Below, one piece after another: positions 1 through 11,871 of a stretch of DNA of 64,000 bases; the first letter of the stretch is position 1, and each line of letters begins with the position of its first letter. Position numbers and translations under genes: made by a program. The stretch comes from an uncultured Methanosarcinaceae archaeon (GTDB lineage Archaea; Halobacteriota; Methanosarcinia; Methanosarcinales; Methanosarcinaceae), in NCBI GenBank assembly GCA_963833425.1, contig CAWHXP010000002.1, positions 391,194-455,193 of the forward strand. Direction: 5' to 3'. The notes below the pieces were generated by a model. That model was not told where the DNA came from. It worked only from the letters and a program-made list of their open reading frames with translations, and made no database searches.

Positions 1-690
1 GTTGCAGCTGTCAGGCTGGGTAGAAGGATTTTCGAGAACCTCAAGAAAGCAATCAGCTATACTATTTCTGTACATATCCATATTCTGGACTTGCATTATT
101 CCCTGTATTGTTTATTTTGCCCTTGGTTCTATTACCCGCCCATATAGCATTCCTTGAACTGATAATCGATCCTGCCTGCTAGACTGTTTTTGAGGCTGAA
201 CCTGAAGAGAAAAACATAATTCATAGACCACCTGAAAATTTGAAAAAAAAGCTGTTTGGAAGTAAGAGCCTAACCTTAAGTCTATTGCAGGGTACAAGCA
301 TGTTTGTAGGGGTGATTGCTATTTTCATTTACGCATTACATACTGGAAAGGGTGAAGTTGAAGCACGTACGCTTACATTCACTACCCTAGTAATTGCTAA
401 TCTTACATTAATTGTGGCAAATCTTTCCTGGTCGCAGAGCCTGATCAAAACATTACGTTCAGAAAACAAAGCATTAAGGTATGTGCTAATTGGAGCGTTA
501 TCAGGGCTTTTTCTGGTTCTAATATGCCATTTCTAAGAAGCCTATTTCGCTTCTCATTGTTGCAAGTTGATGACTTATTGACTGTGTTTATTGTTGGAAT
601 TTTAAGTATTGTGTGGCTTAGATTATTTAGGAGCAAGATAAAAAATAATATTTTAAACAGTCTTATTAACGACAAGGCTGCAATAAATTC
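1..690 (+). pseudogene. C-terminal part of a cation-transporting P-type ATPase, frameshifted
   Basis: Frame 1 starts VAAVRLGRRIFENLKKAISYTISVH (post-hinge motif). Later fragments EARTLTFTTLVIANL and PFLRSLFRFS lie in different frames. Confidence 0.8.
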
Positions 691-1387
691 AAATTTGCTA
701 AGAAAAAGTAATAGGAAAATTATGGTAGTCCACCAATAATGAATTGATGTTTATCCAGAAAGGTCACAAACTTGCACTTTGCATCTTATTTACCACAGGT
801 TTAGGGTTTGGTTTTTGGACTATTTTTCAAATTTCATGAAAATACGATAATTTGACGCACTTCGCATGTTCAACATCCAGGACGGAAACTATTTTTCGAT
901 CAATGGGAATTTAGTGTATCAGAATCATCAAGGCCAACAAATCATATAAAATAAGAATACATATAATATATTATAAAACGATATGATACACGGTTCTCTT
1001 AAAACTAAGTTCAATTCTAAAAACTAAATAAGATTTTCCATTTCAAGATCAATTTATATATGAATTTGGGATTGATTTCCTATATCCATTTAAGAGCAAG
1101 CCTGTCTATTATCTAATTGAAGGGATTAATTGAATTTTGAGATAGGCGCATATACATGAAAATAATAGTTATAATTTATATTATAAACAGCAAGCTCTTG
1201 GCCAGGTTTCGAAGTTTTGCAAAGTACCGGAGAATCAATAATATCAAAATTGTCTGGAACACATTTGAAATTCCATTTTTGACATCACCGTCAAGCACTT
1301 GAAAGTTTTAACCAGCCAGCTTGAATGCACACTTCAGATAGTTAATTAACTTTATCTATGACTATTTTTAAAGAGATTGAGTCTGTT

Positions 1388-1860
1388 ATGAAAATAGTGA
1401 AATTAATTGCTGGAATGTGATTCTTCGGATTGATTCCGGTTATCGGGTTGACTATTGCAGCTTGCATTCTGTTTATTAAAGGCGGCATTGATCGGGTTAA
1501 CTTGCTGATAGAAATGATTGCTCAAATAGAAAAGACAGGTACAAAAGGTATTATTATTGTTGGTATTGTGGATATTGTTCATTTCTTTCTAATTGGCACA
1601 ATACTTTTCCTCACTTCACTTGGTTTCTACCAATTGTTTTTTCAGGTGCTTCCTTTACCAGAGTGGCTGAAGATGAATAGCATCGGAGACATGGAATTGA
1701 GTTTAGTAGGTCTTACTTTAGTCGTGCTGGGGGTCAACTTCCTGAGCGTGATTTTTGAACAGCAAGAAATCAACCTGGCTGTCTATGGAATCTGTTAGTC
1801 TTTGCCTATAGAGCCCTGTCTTATTTTATGAAAATACGTTCTGAGATAAAAAATAAATAA
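1388..1860 (+). pseudogene. YqhA/UPF0114-family membrane protein, interrupted
   Basis: ATG at 1388, in-frame TGA at 1418, then IVDIVHFFLIGTIL...LPEWLKMNSIGDME, and a premature TAG at 1796. Confidence 0.7.
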
Positions 1861-2072
1861 TCGTGAGCGATCGATGGCAATCGAGGAGGTATTATCTAAA
1901 ACTGGTGAATCTGCTCATACCAGACAAAAAAAGAGATTGAAGCGAGAATAATCAAATTATTCACTAAATTAAAAAGGGGAGATCTGGATGTATATTTTTA
2001 TTTTACAAAATCCATGAAAGTTCTAAGAAATTTTAGGAAGGCGCCCATCAATACAATAGCCATCCATATTAT

Positions 2073-2163
2073 AGAGGATTTAGATAATCTCTGATTTTCA
2101 CGATTTAATTATATACCATTTTATAAGCATAGGACAAAATTTAGAGATTTATCGAAACGTCCT
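2073..2163. repeat. 91-bp inverted-repeat (MITE-like) element
   Basis: AGAGGATTTAGATAATCTC...GAGATTTATCGAAACGTCCT. Confidence 0.75.
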
Positions 2164-2605
2164 TGATTTTTGCCTATGTTTTTAATAACTGGATTATTCT
2201 ATCGTAATAGGAATATACAATTTTCTACAGATTGCATCCTAGTAAATAAAAAAAGTATTAAAAAAGCAGAGTGAAATTTGATAAGTTATATTACTATCTA
2301 TTTTTAATTTTAATTAATTCGAGAAAAATATTTTCTCGAAATCAGTTTTAAAAACGCACATTGCCCAATGCACCTAATTTTTATGTGAAGTCTATAAGTC
2401 TAATTTATTTAGTCTATTTGGCTAAAACTCCAATATTGTACAAGCTATTGGACCCTATTAATTAATTCCAAATATTTAGTCATAGCCTTCTATTGCCCCA
2501 TCGGATTAAGTGCCAAGCTTCTAAGTTGCAGGTTAATTCCAATGTTACTAAGTAGCTCTTTTTCGAAGAGAACGTCACGAAAGTAAAATCTATTAATTCT
2601 TATAC

Positions 2606-2633
2606 TAAATAAATAAATAAATAAATAAATAAA
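2606..2633. repeat. (TAAA)7 microsatellite
   Basis: Seven perfect TAAA units. Confidence 0.95.
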
Positions 2634-3697
2634 ATAGATTTATGATTCATTTTTTATCGAGGAATTTAGGGATTCGATGTTTTCTTTGATAGAGACGTTG
2701 TGGACAAAGCCAGATCATTTAAAGATCATTTAAAAATGATAGTTTTCTAACAATTCTTGTTTCAATTTGTTTACTTATTTCAACAAACGCTTTTCCAGAA
2801 TTGTAAAATTGTAGGTTCTGTCTCAATTGAAAATAGATATCATAAGGATTTATTGGGATTTGCCTATGCTTTTCTTTATAATTCTTTCATTTACGGGAGT
2901 GTAATCGATGAAAACTTGTAAATTTTATGGGTTGTGTAACTATTTAATTTGCAAAAACATAGTCAAAAATCTAGGTATATTAAAAAATTTTAAACAGAGA
3001 CCCATCTCATTTAGTCTTTTCAATGGCAGTTAGGTTGTTCGATATTATTTGGTTGATACTATTTCCAGTAATAATCTGAATGCAATTTCTCATCTTTTTT
3101 GTTCCGTGTGTCATTATGTGGAAACTGGCAATGTTTCAATGGATAAAAACGCAAGGTATTTGTTATACTGAAAATTCAATATTGAAAACTTCAATCAATA
3201 GTACAATGTTTTATTAAAAAATATGTTAATCTAAACAATATCTTTAGAACTAGAATTGAATAGAAGATACATTTAATAATATCTAAATATGCTTCATGAT
3301 TCTGCTTTATTCATACGATCCGAAGTCATATCTTTTGTTTTGTTTTTTGATATTTTCATTTCTCCGAAGAAATATTCTCTTATGTTAAGTATTTTTATGA
3401 GAAAAATTAACCTCTTCCTATAATTTTCCAAATGATAATAGCAATTCAATATTATATGTAAGGATCTATGATCAGAAACAAGACTTCCTTACATGCTAAA
3501 TAACTTGACAATTAATAATCACATGTGTAAATTGATATTGAAACTGTGGGTAATGATGGTTATGCGTAATATATTTATCGTAACCTCTCTAAATATATTG
3601 GATGAATGATTACTTAGCTAAATAATATTCCACAGTGTTCGATCGATGGAAACATGAAAAATGTATCAAAATAAGCAAAATTTTGGAGATGAAACAA

Positions 3698-4042
3698 ATG
3701 AATCAACAAAAATTGTCCAGAATAAAAAAAACAATTAATATCCTGATAGCTGTACTCTTCATAGTAACATTAACAGTTACTTCAGCAAGTGCATGTTCTA
3801 GTAAGTCGGTCAAAGACTCAAATTCGGTTGATATCACTGTCCCGGATGAATCTGATTCGGTTAATCACGGAAATCCTGTCTACTCAAATTCGACTAATTA
3901 TGGAAGCCCTGTCAAATCGAATCCGGTTAATTACGGAAATCCAGTCAACTCAAATCCGGCTAATTATGGAAGCCTGAGCAACATGAATCAGGTTACTCAC
4001 AAAATCGTTGATAATGATCTTGCTTCGAACAGTTGGGTTTAA
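3698..4042 (+). CDS. Small secreted protein with 11-aa Asn-rich repeats; leader resembles those at 53122 and 55567
   Basis: GGAG RBS at 3685. Signal-like MNQQKLSRIKKTINILIAVLFIVTLTVTSASA. Repeats SVNHGNPVYSN/STNYGSPVKSN/PVNYGNPVNSN/PANYGS. Confidence 0.7.
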   Translation: MNQQKLSRIKKTINILIAVLFIVTLTVTSASACSSKSVKDSNSVDITVPDESDSVNHGNPVYSNSTNYGSPVKSNPVNYGNPVNSNPANYGSLSNMNQVTHKIVDNDLASNSWV

Positions 4043-4647
4043 TCACGGAAACCTTGAGGCCGATACTAACATTTGAATTTGAACGATTGTCAGCTATAAG
4101 ACCTATTAGGTTCCACAAAAAAATATTTGAAACAAGAAATTTTTATCATTTTCTGGGTTTTTGATTGATTGCATTTATTTGCAGTGTCATTAATTGCACA
4201 TTTTATCAATCCCAGAAAATATTAAAAATCTCTGGAACAAAGAACCTTCATTTTATAGTCCGCAAAGTAAAAATTAATATTTCAAAAACTTAGACTAATG
4301 AACTTATCTATAAGTTTATTCACTGGTATTTTCACAAATTTGCGGTAAATTCAAAGCTTAATTTTTGTTCTATATGGATGTTAATATGTTTTTTATGTCG
4401 AGAAACCTATAGTTAGGATCCTAGAAAAAAATTGTGATAAGAGAGCGATAACCTGCTTTTCGCAGATTTTTGAATATATTCCTTGAGGTATATTCTGTTT
4501 TCAGTTGACTTGAAGAATCGAAACTGATTTATGCTAAAAAATAAGAATCGGTCTAAGAATAGATCAACATGACAATATATGTTCATGGAATATAGGATAA
4601 TATTGCATTATTCTTAGAGTTGAATCTAGATAAAATTTAACCTAACT

Positions 4648-6430
4648 TTGTTTTCTATAGTGGTACTAGGTACACTCGCATTTTCAAATGCTTCTGCCTC
4701 TTACAGGACTGATGGGAATAATAACTTATGGATTTCAAAAACGATTCCATCTGGAAGTTCCATAACCTTTAATCTAACTAAAACAGCGGGTTTTTCTCCA
4801 AATGGTAACGCTGTATTTCCCACTTTTTTTGAAGATTTTACGTCGTCTTCAGCGATACAATATGACTGCATAGTCACGCAAAAAGCAGGATTGTTGACAG
4901 GAGCTGCGGACGTGCCTCTTATATTGTATAATCATAAAATTTATGCGACAGGTGGCTATGGGTCATCATCTTCTTTTAATACTCAACAATGAACAAATTT
5001 ATGATTTGGCTAGTGATTTTTGGATGCAGGGTGCGACAATGCCCATCGCAGCATGGGGTGTAACAACAGTAAATTATGCAGATAGAATTAACTGTTATGG
5101 TGGTAACAACGATAGGTTTGGGATAAATTCAATTCCTTATCTCCAGATTTATAATATTACAACAAACTCTTGGACCGTAGACCCAGTTCAAATGCCTACT
5201 GCTATTTCCCATCAGGGTTTGATGTCTGTTACAGATGACACGAATACCTATCTCTTACTAGGTAACTATTTTTATAAACACATCATAGATACCGACACTT
5301 ACACACAACTGGCAAATTGTCCGGTTAACGTTTCGTGGGAGGGATTAGCATATTATCCAGCTACTAATAAAATATATTTGCTTGGTGGACCCTAAATCTT
5401 TCTGGAAAGGCGGGAAGTAACGGAGTATATGTTTATGACATATCTTCTAATTCGTGGTCTAATCCTCTCTCTAAGGCACCGTATTCGGTATATGGGCATA
5501 CACGTGAGAATATATTATATGGAGATAAAATTATTATGGGTTACGGTCAGGGGCCTTCAAGTATATTTCATTCAGAAATTTATTATTATAATATTACAAC
5601 TCATTCATGGTCACAGAGATTTGCTTTAGGTTTACATCCCAGGGATGGGGTGGGAACTGCTATTTCGTGTAGTAGTTTATATGTTATAGGAGGGAGGGAC
5701 ACAACTTCGGATAATCATGGAATTACATATAATGAAAAAATCGATTTGAAACAGTTAACAGCAAATTCCCATATTGTTCCGGATCCATGTAAATGGAACT
5801 ATAAACAAAATACCGATCAAATGGATATCAAAAATAGCATCCTAACCATTACAGGAAATCCTACTAACTACAATTATGGTGAAGAGTGGATAATGGCTAA
5901 TCAGGGATGTATTGAAAATAGCACTTTGACAATTAGAACTAAGGTGGGGGTAAAAAGCCACTCACAGAGTTGTCAGATATGCAAAATTGGGTTAAGCACC
6001 GATTCGTTGGCAACTATTCAAATGACCTTGCATCTATTGATGGTACCCATTATCTAGAATCAGGCGGGTCTACTTATGAATTCCATAAAATAGGATCGTC
6101 TTGGTTTGGAACTTGGCACACGTACGATATTTCGAGAACTGGAAACCAAAGATATTCATTATAGATGGGAGTAAAGCTTATAGTTCGAATGAAGATGGTG
6201 TAGGAGTTGTGAGATATCCTCATATCTTCACGAGGCAATCAAAAGAAAAAATATAAGTTGATTATATGTTCATTCATCAGTATTCTGCGACTCCTCCAAA
6301 AGTAACAATAACTCCAATACAAAACTATTATCAAGTGAGAGTTACAAATTAAGGTGCTTCGGATTTAATAAATTATCAACTCAAATTATCTTTTCTGGGG
6401 ATAGTATCACGAAATGAATCGTGGAACACA
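4648..6430 (+). pseudogene. Secreted kelch-repeat (beta-propeller) protein, several frameshifts
   Basis: Kelch motifs KIYATGG, RINCYGG..IYNITTNSW, KIYLLGG..VYDISSNSW and LYVIGG, with frame switches near 4985, 5391 and 5970. Confidence 0.8.
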
Positions 6431-6441
6431 GAATATATCCC

Positions 6442-6532
6442 AGAGGATTTAGATAAACATACGATTTCAACAAATTGATTATATCGGCTCTATAAAAAAC
6501 CAACTAAAAATTGGGATTCCTCAAAATCCTCT
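6442..6532. repeat. 91-bp MITE-like element
   Basis: AGAGGATTTAGATAAAC...CAAAATCCTCT; interior similar to the copy at 18701. Confidence 0.75.
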
Positions 6533-7008
6533 CAAATATATTTAACTTTGTAGTCGCTACATGGATGAAGAGAGAAAATGAGCATAAAATAAATAGCCAA
6601 ATGTTAAGCCTGCCCAAAATAAGTGTCTAATATTTGTTTTTATGTAATAGGTACTTCTGATCACTAACTGATTAATATCAAAAACATTATCATTAACTGA
6701 CAGGTAAATTAAATTAGTCAAACTAAATTTGACCATTGAATCTTAGTAAAGATGACTATTGATCTTTTTTTATATGTGTAATAGTTACGGAAATAAACTG
6801 GAATTCAAGAGGAGGGTGTTGATGATATAAAATGTACAAAAACTATGTAGATGAATTAAATTGTCATTACACAAGTTAAGCTCTTTGATCTTTATATCGC
6901 AAGATCTTTTCGGATTCCTAGAAAGTTTTATGCTTAGAGAATTTCGATATACACCTAAATTATATCATATGTATAAAAAAATACAAATGATTAGTGAAAA
7001 CTAGAAGT

Positions 7009-8208
7009 TTATAGAAATACCCTATGTTTATCCATAACTTTCCTATACATTCGTGCCTGAAACCCGTGGTATTTTGCAAAACCTTCGGCATCCTTCTGGT
7101 CAATCGTCTGGCTATCAAAGGAAACAAGGTCTTTGGAGTAGAGAGAGTTTGGAGAGGAGCGAGCAAGGATTGTGAGGGCGCCTTTGTAGAGCTTTACTTT
7201 CACGGTGCCAGTGACCCTTTCTTGGGACTTGTCGATAAAGGCGTTGAGGTCCGCAAAAAGGGGGTCATCTATCAGGCCGTAGTAGGCCATTTCAGACCAC
7301 TGTTCTTCAACGATTTTCTTGAACTTAAGTTCTCCACGGGTGAGTACAAGTTTTTCAAGGTCTGCATGAGCAGCAAGAAGAACGGTTGCAGCTGGATGCT
7401 CATAGTTCTCTCTGGCTTTAAGACCGAGGACACGGTCTTCGATCATGTCCGTCCTACCTACCCCGTTTTCACCTGCAATTTCATTTAGTTTCTTAATTAA
7501 GGTGTAGCCACTGAGTTTTTCGCCTTCAAGGGAAATTGGGAATCCTGCTTCAAAATATATATCAAGAGTCGTTGCTTTTTCAGGGGCTTTTTCCGGGGAT
7601 TTGGTCCACTCATAGATATCTTCGGGCGGAACAAAAGATGGATCTTCAAGCATGCCACCTTCTATACTGCGACTCCATATATTTTCGTCAACACTCCAGG
7701 GTTTGGATTGGGTGGCTTCTATAGGGATTCCGTGCTCTTTTGCATAGTTGATTTCCCACTCACGGGTCAGGTTCATCTCCCTCATAGGGGCGATAACGTC
7801 CATATCTGTCTGGCGGAAAATGACTTCGAAACGAAGTTGATCATTGCCTTTTCCTGTACAACCGTGAGCAAGGGCTGAGGCACCTTCTTTTTTGGCAACC
7901 TCTACAACCTTTTTGGCAATAAGAGGACGGGCAACGGATGTGCCCATCACATAGCCTTCATAACTCCCGTTGGCTTTGATTAGGGGGCAGATATAATCTT
8001 TTATAAATTCTTCCTTTGCATCAATCGTGTAGTGTTTATTGCTAATCTTCTTGGCTTTTGCGTCGGCTTTCCTTATTTCCTCTACAGGCTGACCTACATC
8101 CACAGAGATTGTGATCACTTCGTCATATCCATATTTTTCCTTGAGGATTGGAATGCACACAGAGGTGTCAAGTCCTCCAGAATATGCAAGTGCAACTTTT
8201 TTTACCAT
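7009..8208 (-). CDS. argG: Argininosuccinate synthase
   Basis: [21 protein letters not shown] and SVDENIW motifs. Confidence 0.98.
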   Translation of the reverse strand: MVKKVALAYSGGLDTSVCIPILKEKYGYDEVITISVDVGQPVEEIRKADAKAKKISNKHYTIDAKEEFIKDYICPLIKANGSYEGYVMGTSVARPLIAKKVVEVAKKEGASALAHGCTGKGNDQLRFEVIFRQTDMDVIAPMREMNLTREWEINYAKEHGIPIEATQSKPWSVDENIWSRSIEGGMLEDPSFVPPEDIYEWTKSPEKAPEKATTLDIYFEAGFPISLEGEKLSGYTLIKKLNEIAGENGVGRTDMIEDRVLGLKARENYEHPAATVLLAAHADLEKLVLTRGELKFKKIVEEQWSEMAYYGLIDDPLFADLNAFIDKSQERVTGTVKVKLYKGALTILARSSPNSLYSKDLVSFDSQTIDQKDAEGFAKYHGFQARMYRKVMDKHRVFL

Positions 8209-8631
8209 GCTTTTACTACTCCTCTTAATGGATTAAAACAAATGAGATTTAAATCAGATTTGAATTTAATGTAAATACCTAAGGATGAGAAAAGCTATCC
8301 TTTTTGATTCAGATATATGTACAAAATTTTTTCATAACTCCAGATTATGACTTCTGAGTAGAACTTCAATTCTAAATTGTTGATTAGAACCGCTGCTGTA
8401 ACTATTCGACTTTGGAAAAGCAAAATCAGTATATTCCTTAATTAATATTTTAAGAAAATCTTTTTGTAGATCCATTTTTTTTAATTGATTATATTAATTA
8501 TGTTTTCCTGTTTTGCTGGTTGGTATCTACATGCACTGGAAGATCCAAAATTGTATCGCTTAGATTATTTGTTGGTACATGAATAGTTACCTGCTACTTA
8601 AGATTCAATTCAGAACTTCTTGATTTTTGAT

Positions 8632-11600
8632 CTATTCTGCTGGCTCTAATTCGCTTTCGTGCTCCATCTCTCTGTGGTACTCGTTGATTGATTTGATCGT
8701 AAGGTCCTGGCCTTTCTTCATGGTCTCGATCGCATCGGCAGCAGCTAATGCTGCCTGGATGGTTGTAATATATGGAACCTTGAAGTCCACCGCTGCCCGC
8801 CTGATCCTTGAACCATCCCTTCGGGACTCTTTGCTTGTTGGGGTGTTGATGATAAGGTCAACTTCGTCCCTGCGCATCATATCTATGACGTTCGGGCTTC
8901 CTTCGTGAACTTTCTTTACCGTATCCATGAAAATCCCATGCTGTGCAAGGTAGCTAACAGTGCCACTTGTGCCCATTAGCTCAAGGCCTGCTGCATGAAG
9001 TTTTCTTGCAACTTCCACAAGTTTGGTCTTGTCGGCATTCCTTATAGATAGGAAAACTTTTCCAGTAAGTGGAAGGAGGTTATCTGCTGCAAGTTCTGCC
9101 TTGTAGTACGCCCTCCCAAAATCGTAGTCAATTCCCATCACCTCTCCAGTACTTTTCATTTCCGGGCCAAGAACAGGGTCTGCTCCTGGAAGCTTGTCAA
9201 AGGGTAGTAGGACTTCTTTAATGGAAACGTGTTTGGGCTTCGGCTCATCCGTATATCCCATACTTTTTAAGCTATACCCTGCAATCACTTTTGCTGCAAT
9301 CTTTGCAAGTGGGATTCCTACTGCTTTTGAGACAAAGGGAATTGTCCTGCTCGAACGCGGATTTGCTTCAAGAACATAAACATTTCCATCTTTTTCTGCC
9401 ATCTGGATGTTGATCAACCCTTTTACCCTTAGCGCGAGTGCAATCTTCCGTGTATAACTCCTTACCATATCAAGCACTTCAGGCGATAGGGACTGGGGAG
9501 GAATTACACAGGCTGAGTCTCCGGAATGTACTCCTGCTTCTTCAATATGCTCCATGATTGCGCCGATAAGTACGTCTTTCTGGTCGCAGATCGCGTCAAC
9601 ATCAATTTCGCAGGCTGCTTCAAGGAAATCGTCGATAAGGATCGGGTGTTCTGGAGAGACCCTCACAGCTTCTTTCATATAACGTTCAAGGTCAATTTCG
9701 TCATAAACGATTTCCATTGCTCTCCCACCTAGAACATAGGAGGGGCGCACAAGGACAGGGAAGCCGATCCTTTTCGCAACCTCAATTGCTTCCTGCTGAG
9801 ACGTTGCATACCCACCTTCGGGCTGCTGGATCCCAAGTTTCTGCATCAACATATAGAATTTTTCCCTATCTTCGGCAAGATCCATATCTTCAGGGTCAGT
9901 GCCCATGATGACAGTATCAAGGTATGTCTTACGCTTTAATTCTCGCTTTAGGGGAAGTGCAAGGTTCACCGAAGTCTGTCCTCCAAACTGCACCAGTACA
10001 CCATCAGGCCTCTCACATTCAATTACGTTCATGACGTATTCCATGGTTAAGGGCTCAAAAAAAAGCTTGTCAGAGGTGTCAAAGTCTGTGGAAACGGTTT
10101 CAGGGTTGTTATTGATGATATGGGTCTCAATACCCTCCTCCCTAAGCGCAGTAACTGCATGAACTGTACAGTAATCGAATTCTATTCCCTGGCCTATCCT
10201 GATAGGCCCTGCACCAAGGATGAGGATCTTTTTCCGGTTGGTCGGGTTTATTTCACATGTATCTGCGTAAGTGGAATAATAATAAGGAGTTGCTGCCTGA
10301 AACTCGGCTGCACATGTGTCCACCATCTTGAAAGTGGCCACAATGTTTGCTACGCGCCGGATGTCATTGATTTCTTGTTCGGTTTTGCCAGTTAGTTCTG
10401 CAAGGCGCGTATCAGGAAATCCCATCTTTTTTGCCTCATGCAGGAGCTCAGTAGTGAGTCCTTCCATCCTGATACACTTTTCCATGTCCACGATCTTTTT
10501 CATCTTTGAGATGAAAAAAGGGTTGATATTAGAAAGTTCTGCAATTTCCTTTATCGACATTCCTCTCTCAAGCGCATTGAAGATGACAAAAAAACGTTCA
10601 CTTGTGGGAGTCTTTAGAAGAGTCTTGATTTCCAGCTCTTCCCAGCGCTTTACACCTAGTTGGTTGTCTATATCCAGAGACTTGAAAGCCTTCATCAGAG
10701 ACTCTTCAATTGTCCTGCCTATAGCCATGACTTCTCCAGTGCTTTTCATGGCTGTTGTCAGGGTTTTGTCTGCAGTTGTGAATTTGTCAAAAGGCCACCT
10801 AGGAATTTTCATAATTAAGTAATCTAGAGCCGGCTCAAAGGAAGCTGGAGTACTCTTGGTTACATTATTTATAATCTCGTCAAGAGTCATTCCAATTGCA
10901 ATCTTTGCGGTTACGCGGGCAATCGGATAACCTGTAGCTTTGGACGCAAGGGCTGATGATCTCGAAACCCTTGGATTGACCTCAACAACTCTGTAGTCCC
11001 CTTCTTTTAAAGCGTACTGGATATTGCATCCACCTTCAATCTTAAGAGCACGGATAATTTTGATTGATGCAGTCCTAAGCATCTGGTGCTCTGCATCTGT
11101 CAGGGTCTGAGAAGGGGCAACAACTATTGATTCTCCGGTATGCACCCCCATTGCATCGATGTTTTGCATGTTACAAATCATGATACAGGTATCGTTTGCA
11201 TCCCTCATGACCTCGTACTCGATCTCTGCCCATCCGAGAACGCTTTCTTCGATAAGCACCTGGGAAATGCGGCTGCGCCTTAGTCCGCGTTCAGAGATTT
11301 CCAGGAGTTCTTCTTTTGTATGGGCAATTCCGCCTCCGGCCCCACCCAAAGTATAAGCCGGCCGAACAATTAGAGGTAGGCCCAGTTCCTCTCCAGCCTC
11401 TTCAGCTTCTTTTATGGAGTTAACTGCACGACTCAAGGGGACTTTTTCTCCTATCCTGAGCATGGTCTCCTTGAAGAGTTCCCGATTTTCTGTATTTTTG
11501 ATAGCTTCAACAGGAGTACCAAGTATACGGATTCCATATTTTTCAAATACTCCCATTTCCGCAAGTTCACTTGTGATATTTAAGCCAGTCTGTCCGCCTA

Positions 11601-11871
11601 TACCTGCGATTATCCCGTCGGGTAACTCTTTTTCTATGATTTTTTCTATAATTCTGGCATCAAGGGGTTCGATGTAGATAAAATCGGCCATCTCTGGATC
11701 GGTCATAATTGTCGCAGGGTTTGAGTTCACAAGAACAACTTGCACACCTTCTTCTTTTAAGGATCTACAAGCTTGGCTGCCTGAAAAGTCGAACTCTGCA
11801 GCCTGGCCAATAGTTATAGGGCCTGAACCTATAAGCAAAACTTTCTTGATATCCCCCCGTTTCGGCATCAA
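8632..11871 (-). CDS. carB: Carbamoyl-phosphate synthase large subunit
   Basis: IGSGPITIGQAAEFDFSG, duplicated ATP-grasp domains, C-terminal MGS domain. Confidence 0.98.
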   Translation of the reverse strand: MMPKRGDIKKVLLIGSGPITIGQAAEFDFSGSQACRSLKEEGVQVVLVNSNPATIMTDPEMADFIYIEPLDARIIEKIIEKELPDGIIAGIGGQTGLNITSELAEMGVFEKYGIRILGTPVEAIKNTENRELFKETMLRIGEKVPLSRAVNSIKEAEEAGEELGLPLIVRPAYTLGGAGGGIAHTKEELLEISERGLRRSRISQVLIEESVLGWAEIEYEVMRDANDTCIMICNMQNIDAMGVHTGESIVVAPSQTLTDAEHQMLRTASIKIIRALKIEGGCNIQYALKEGDYRVVEVNPRVSRSSALASKATGYPIARVTAKIAIGMTLDEIINNVTKSTPASFEPALDYLIMKIPRWPFDKFTTADKTLTTAMKSTGEVMAIGRTIEESLMKAFKSLDIDNQLGVKRWEELEIKTLLKTPTSERFFVIFNALERGMSIKEIAELSNINPFFISKMKKIVDMEKCIRMEGLTTELLHEAKKMGFPDTRLAELTGKTEQEINDIRRVANIVATFKMVDTCAAEFQAATPYYYSTYADTCEINPTNRKKILILGAGPIRIGQGIEFDYCTVHAVTALREEGIETHIINNNPETVSTDFDTSDKLFFEPLTMEYVMNVIECERPDGVLVQFGGQTSVNLALPLKRELKRKTYLDTVIMGTDPEDMDLAEDREKFYMLMQKLGIQQPEGGYATSQQEAIEVAKRIGFPVLVRPSYVLGGRAMEIVYDEIDLERYMKEAVRVSPEHPILIDDFLEAACEIDVDAICDQKDVLIGAIMEHIEEAGVHSGDSACVIPPQSLSPEVLDMVRSYTRKIALALRVKGLINIQMAEKDGNVYVLEANPRSSRTIPFVSKAVGIPLAKIAAKVIAGYSLKSMGYTDEPKPKHVSIKEVLLPFDKLPGADPVLGPEMKSTGEVMGIDYDFGRAYYKAELAADNLLPLTGKVFLSIRNADKTKLVEVARKLHAAGLELMGTSGTVSYLAQHGIFMDTVKKVHEGSPNVIDMMRRDEVDLIINTPTSKESRRDGSRIRRAAVDFKVPYITTIQAALAAADAIETMKKGQDLTIKSINEYHREMEHESELEPAE

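Noticed and set aside
4648..6430. Sequencing error or programmed frameshifting in the kelch gene
   Set aside because: Several independent lesions and stops, while neighbouring core genes are error-free; simple decay fits better.
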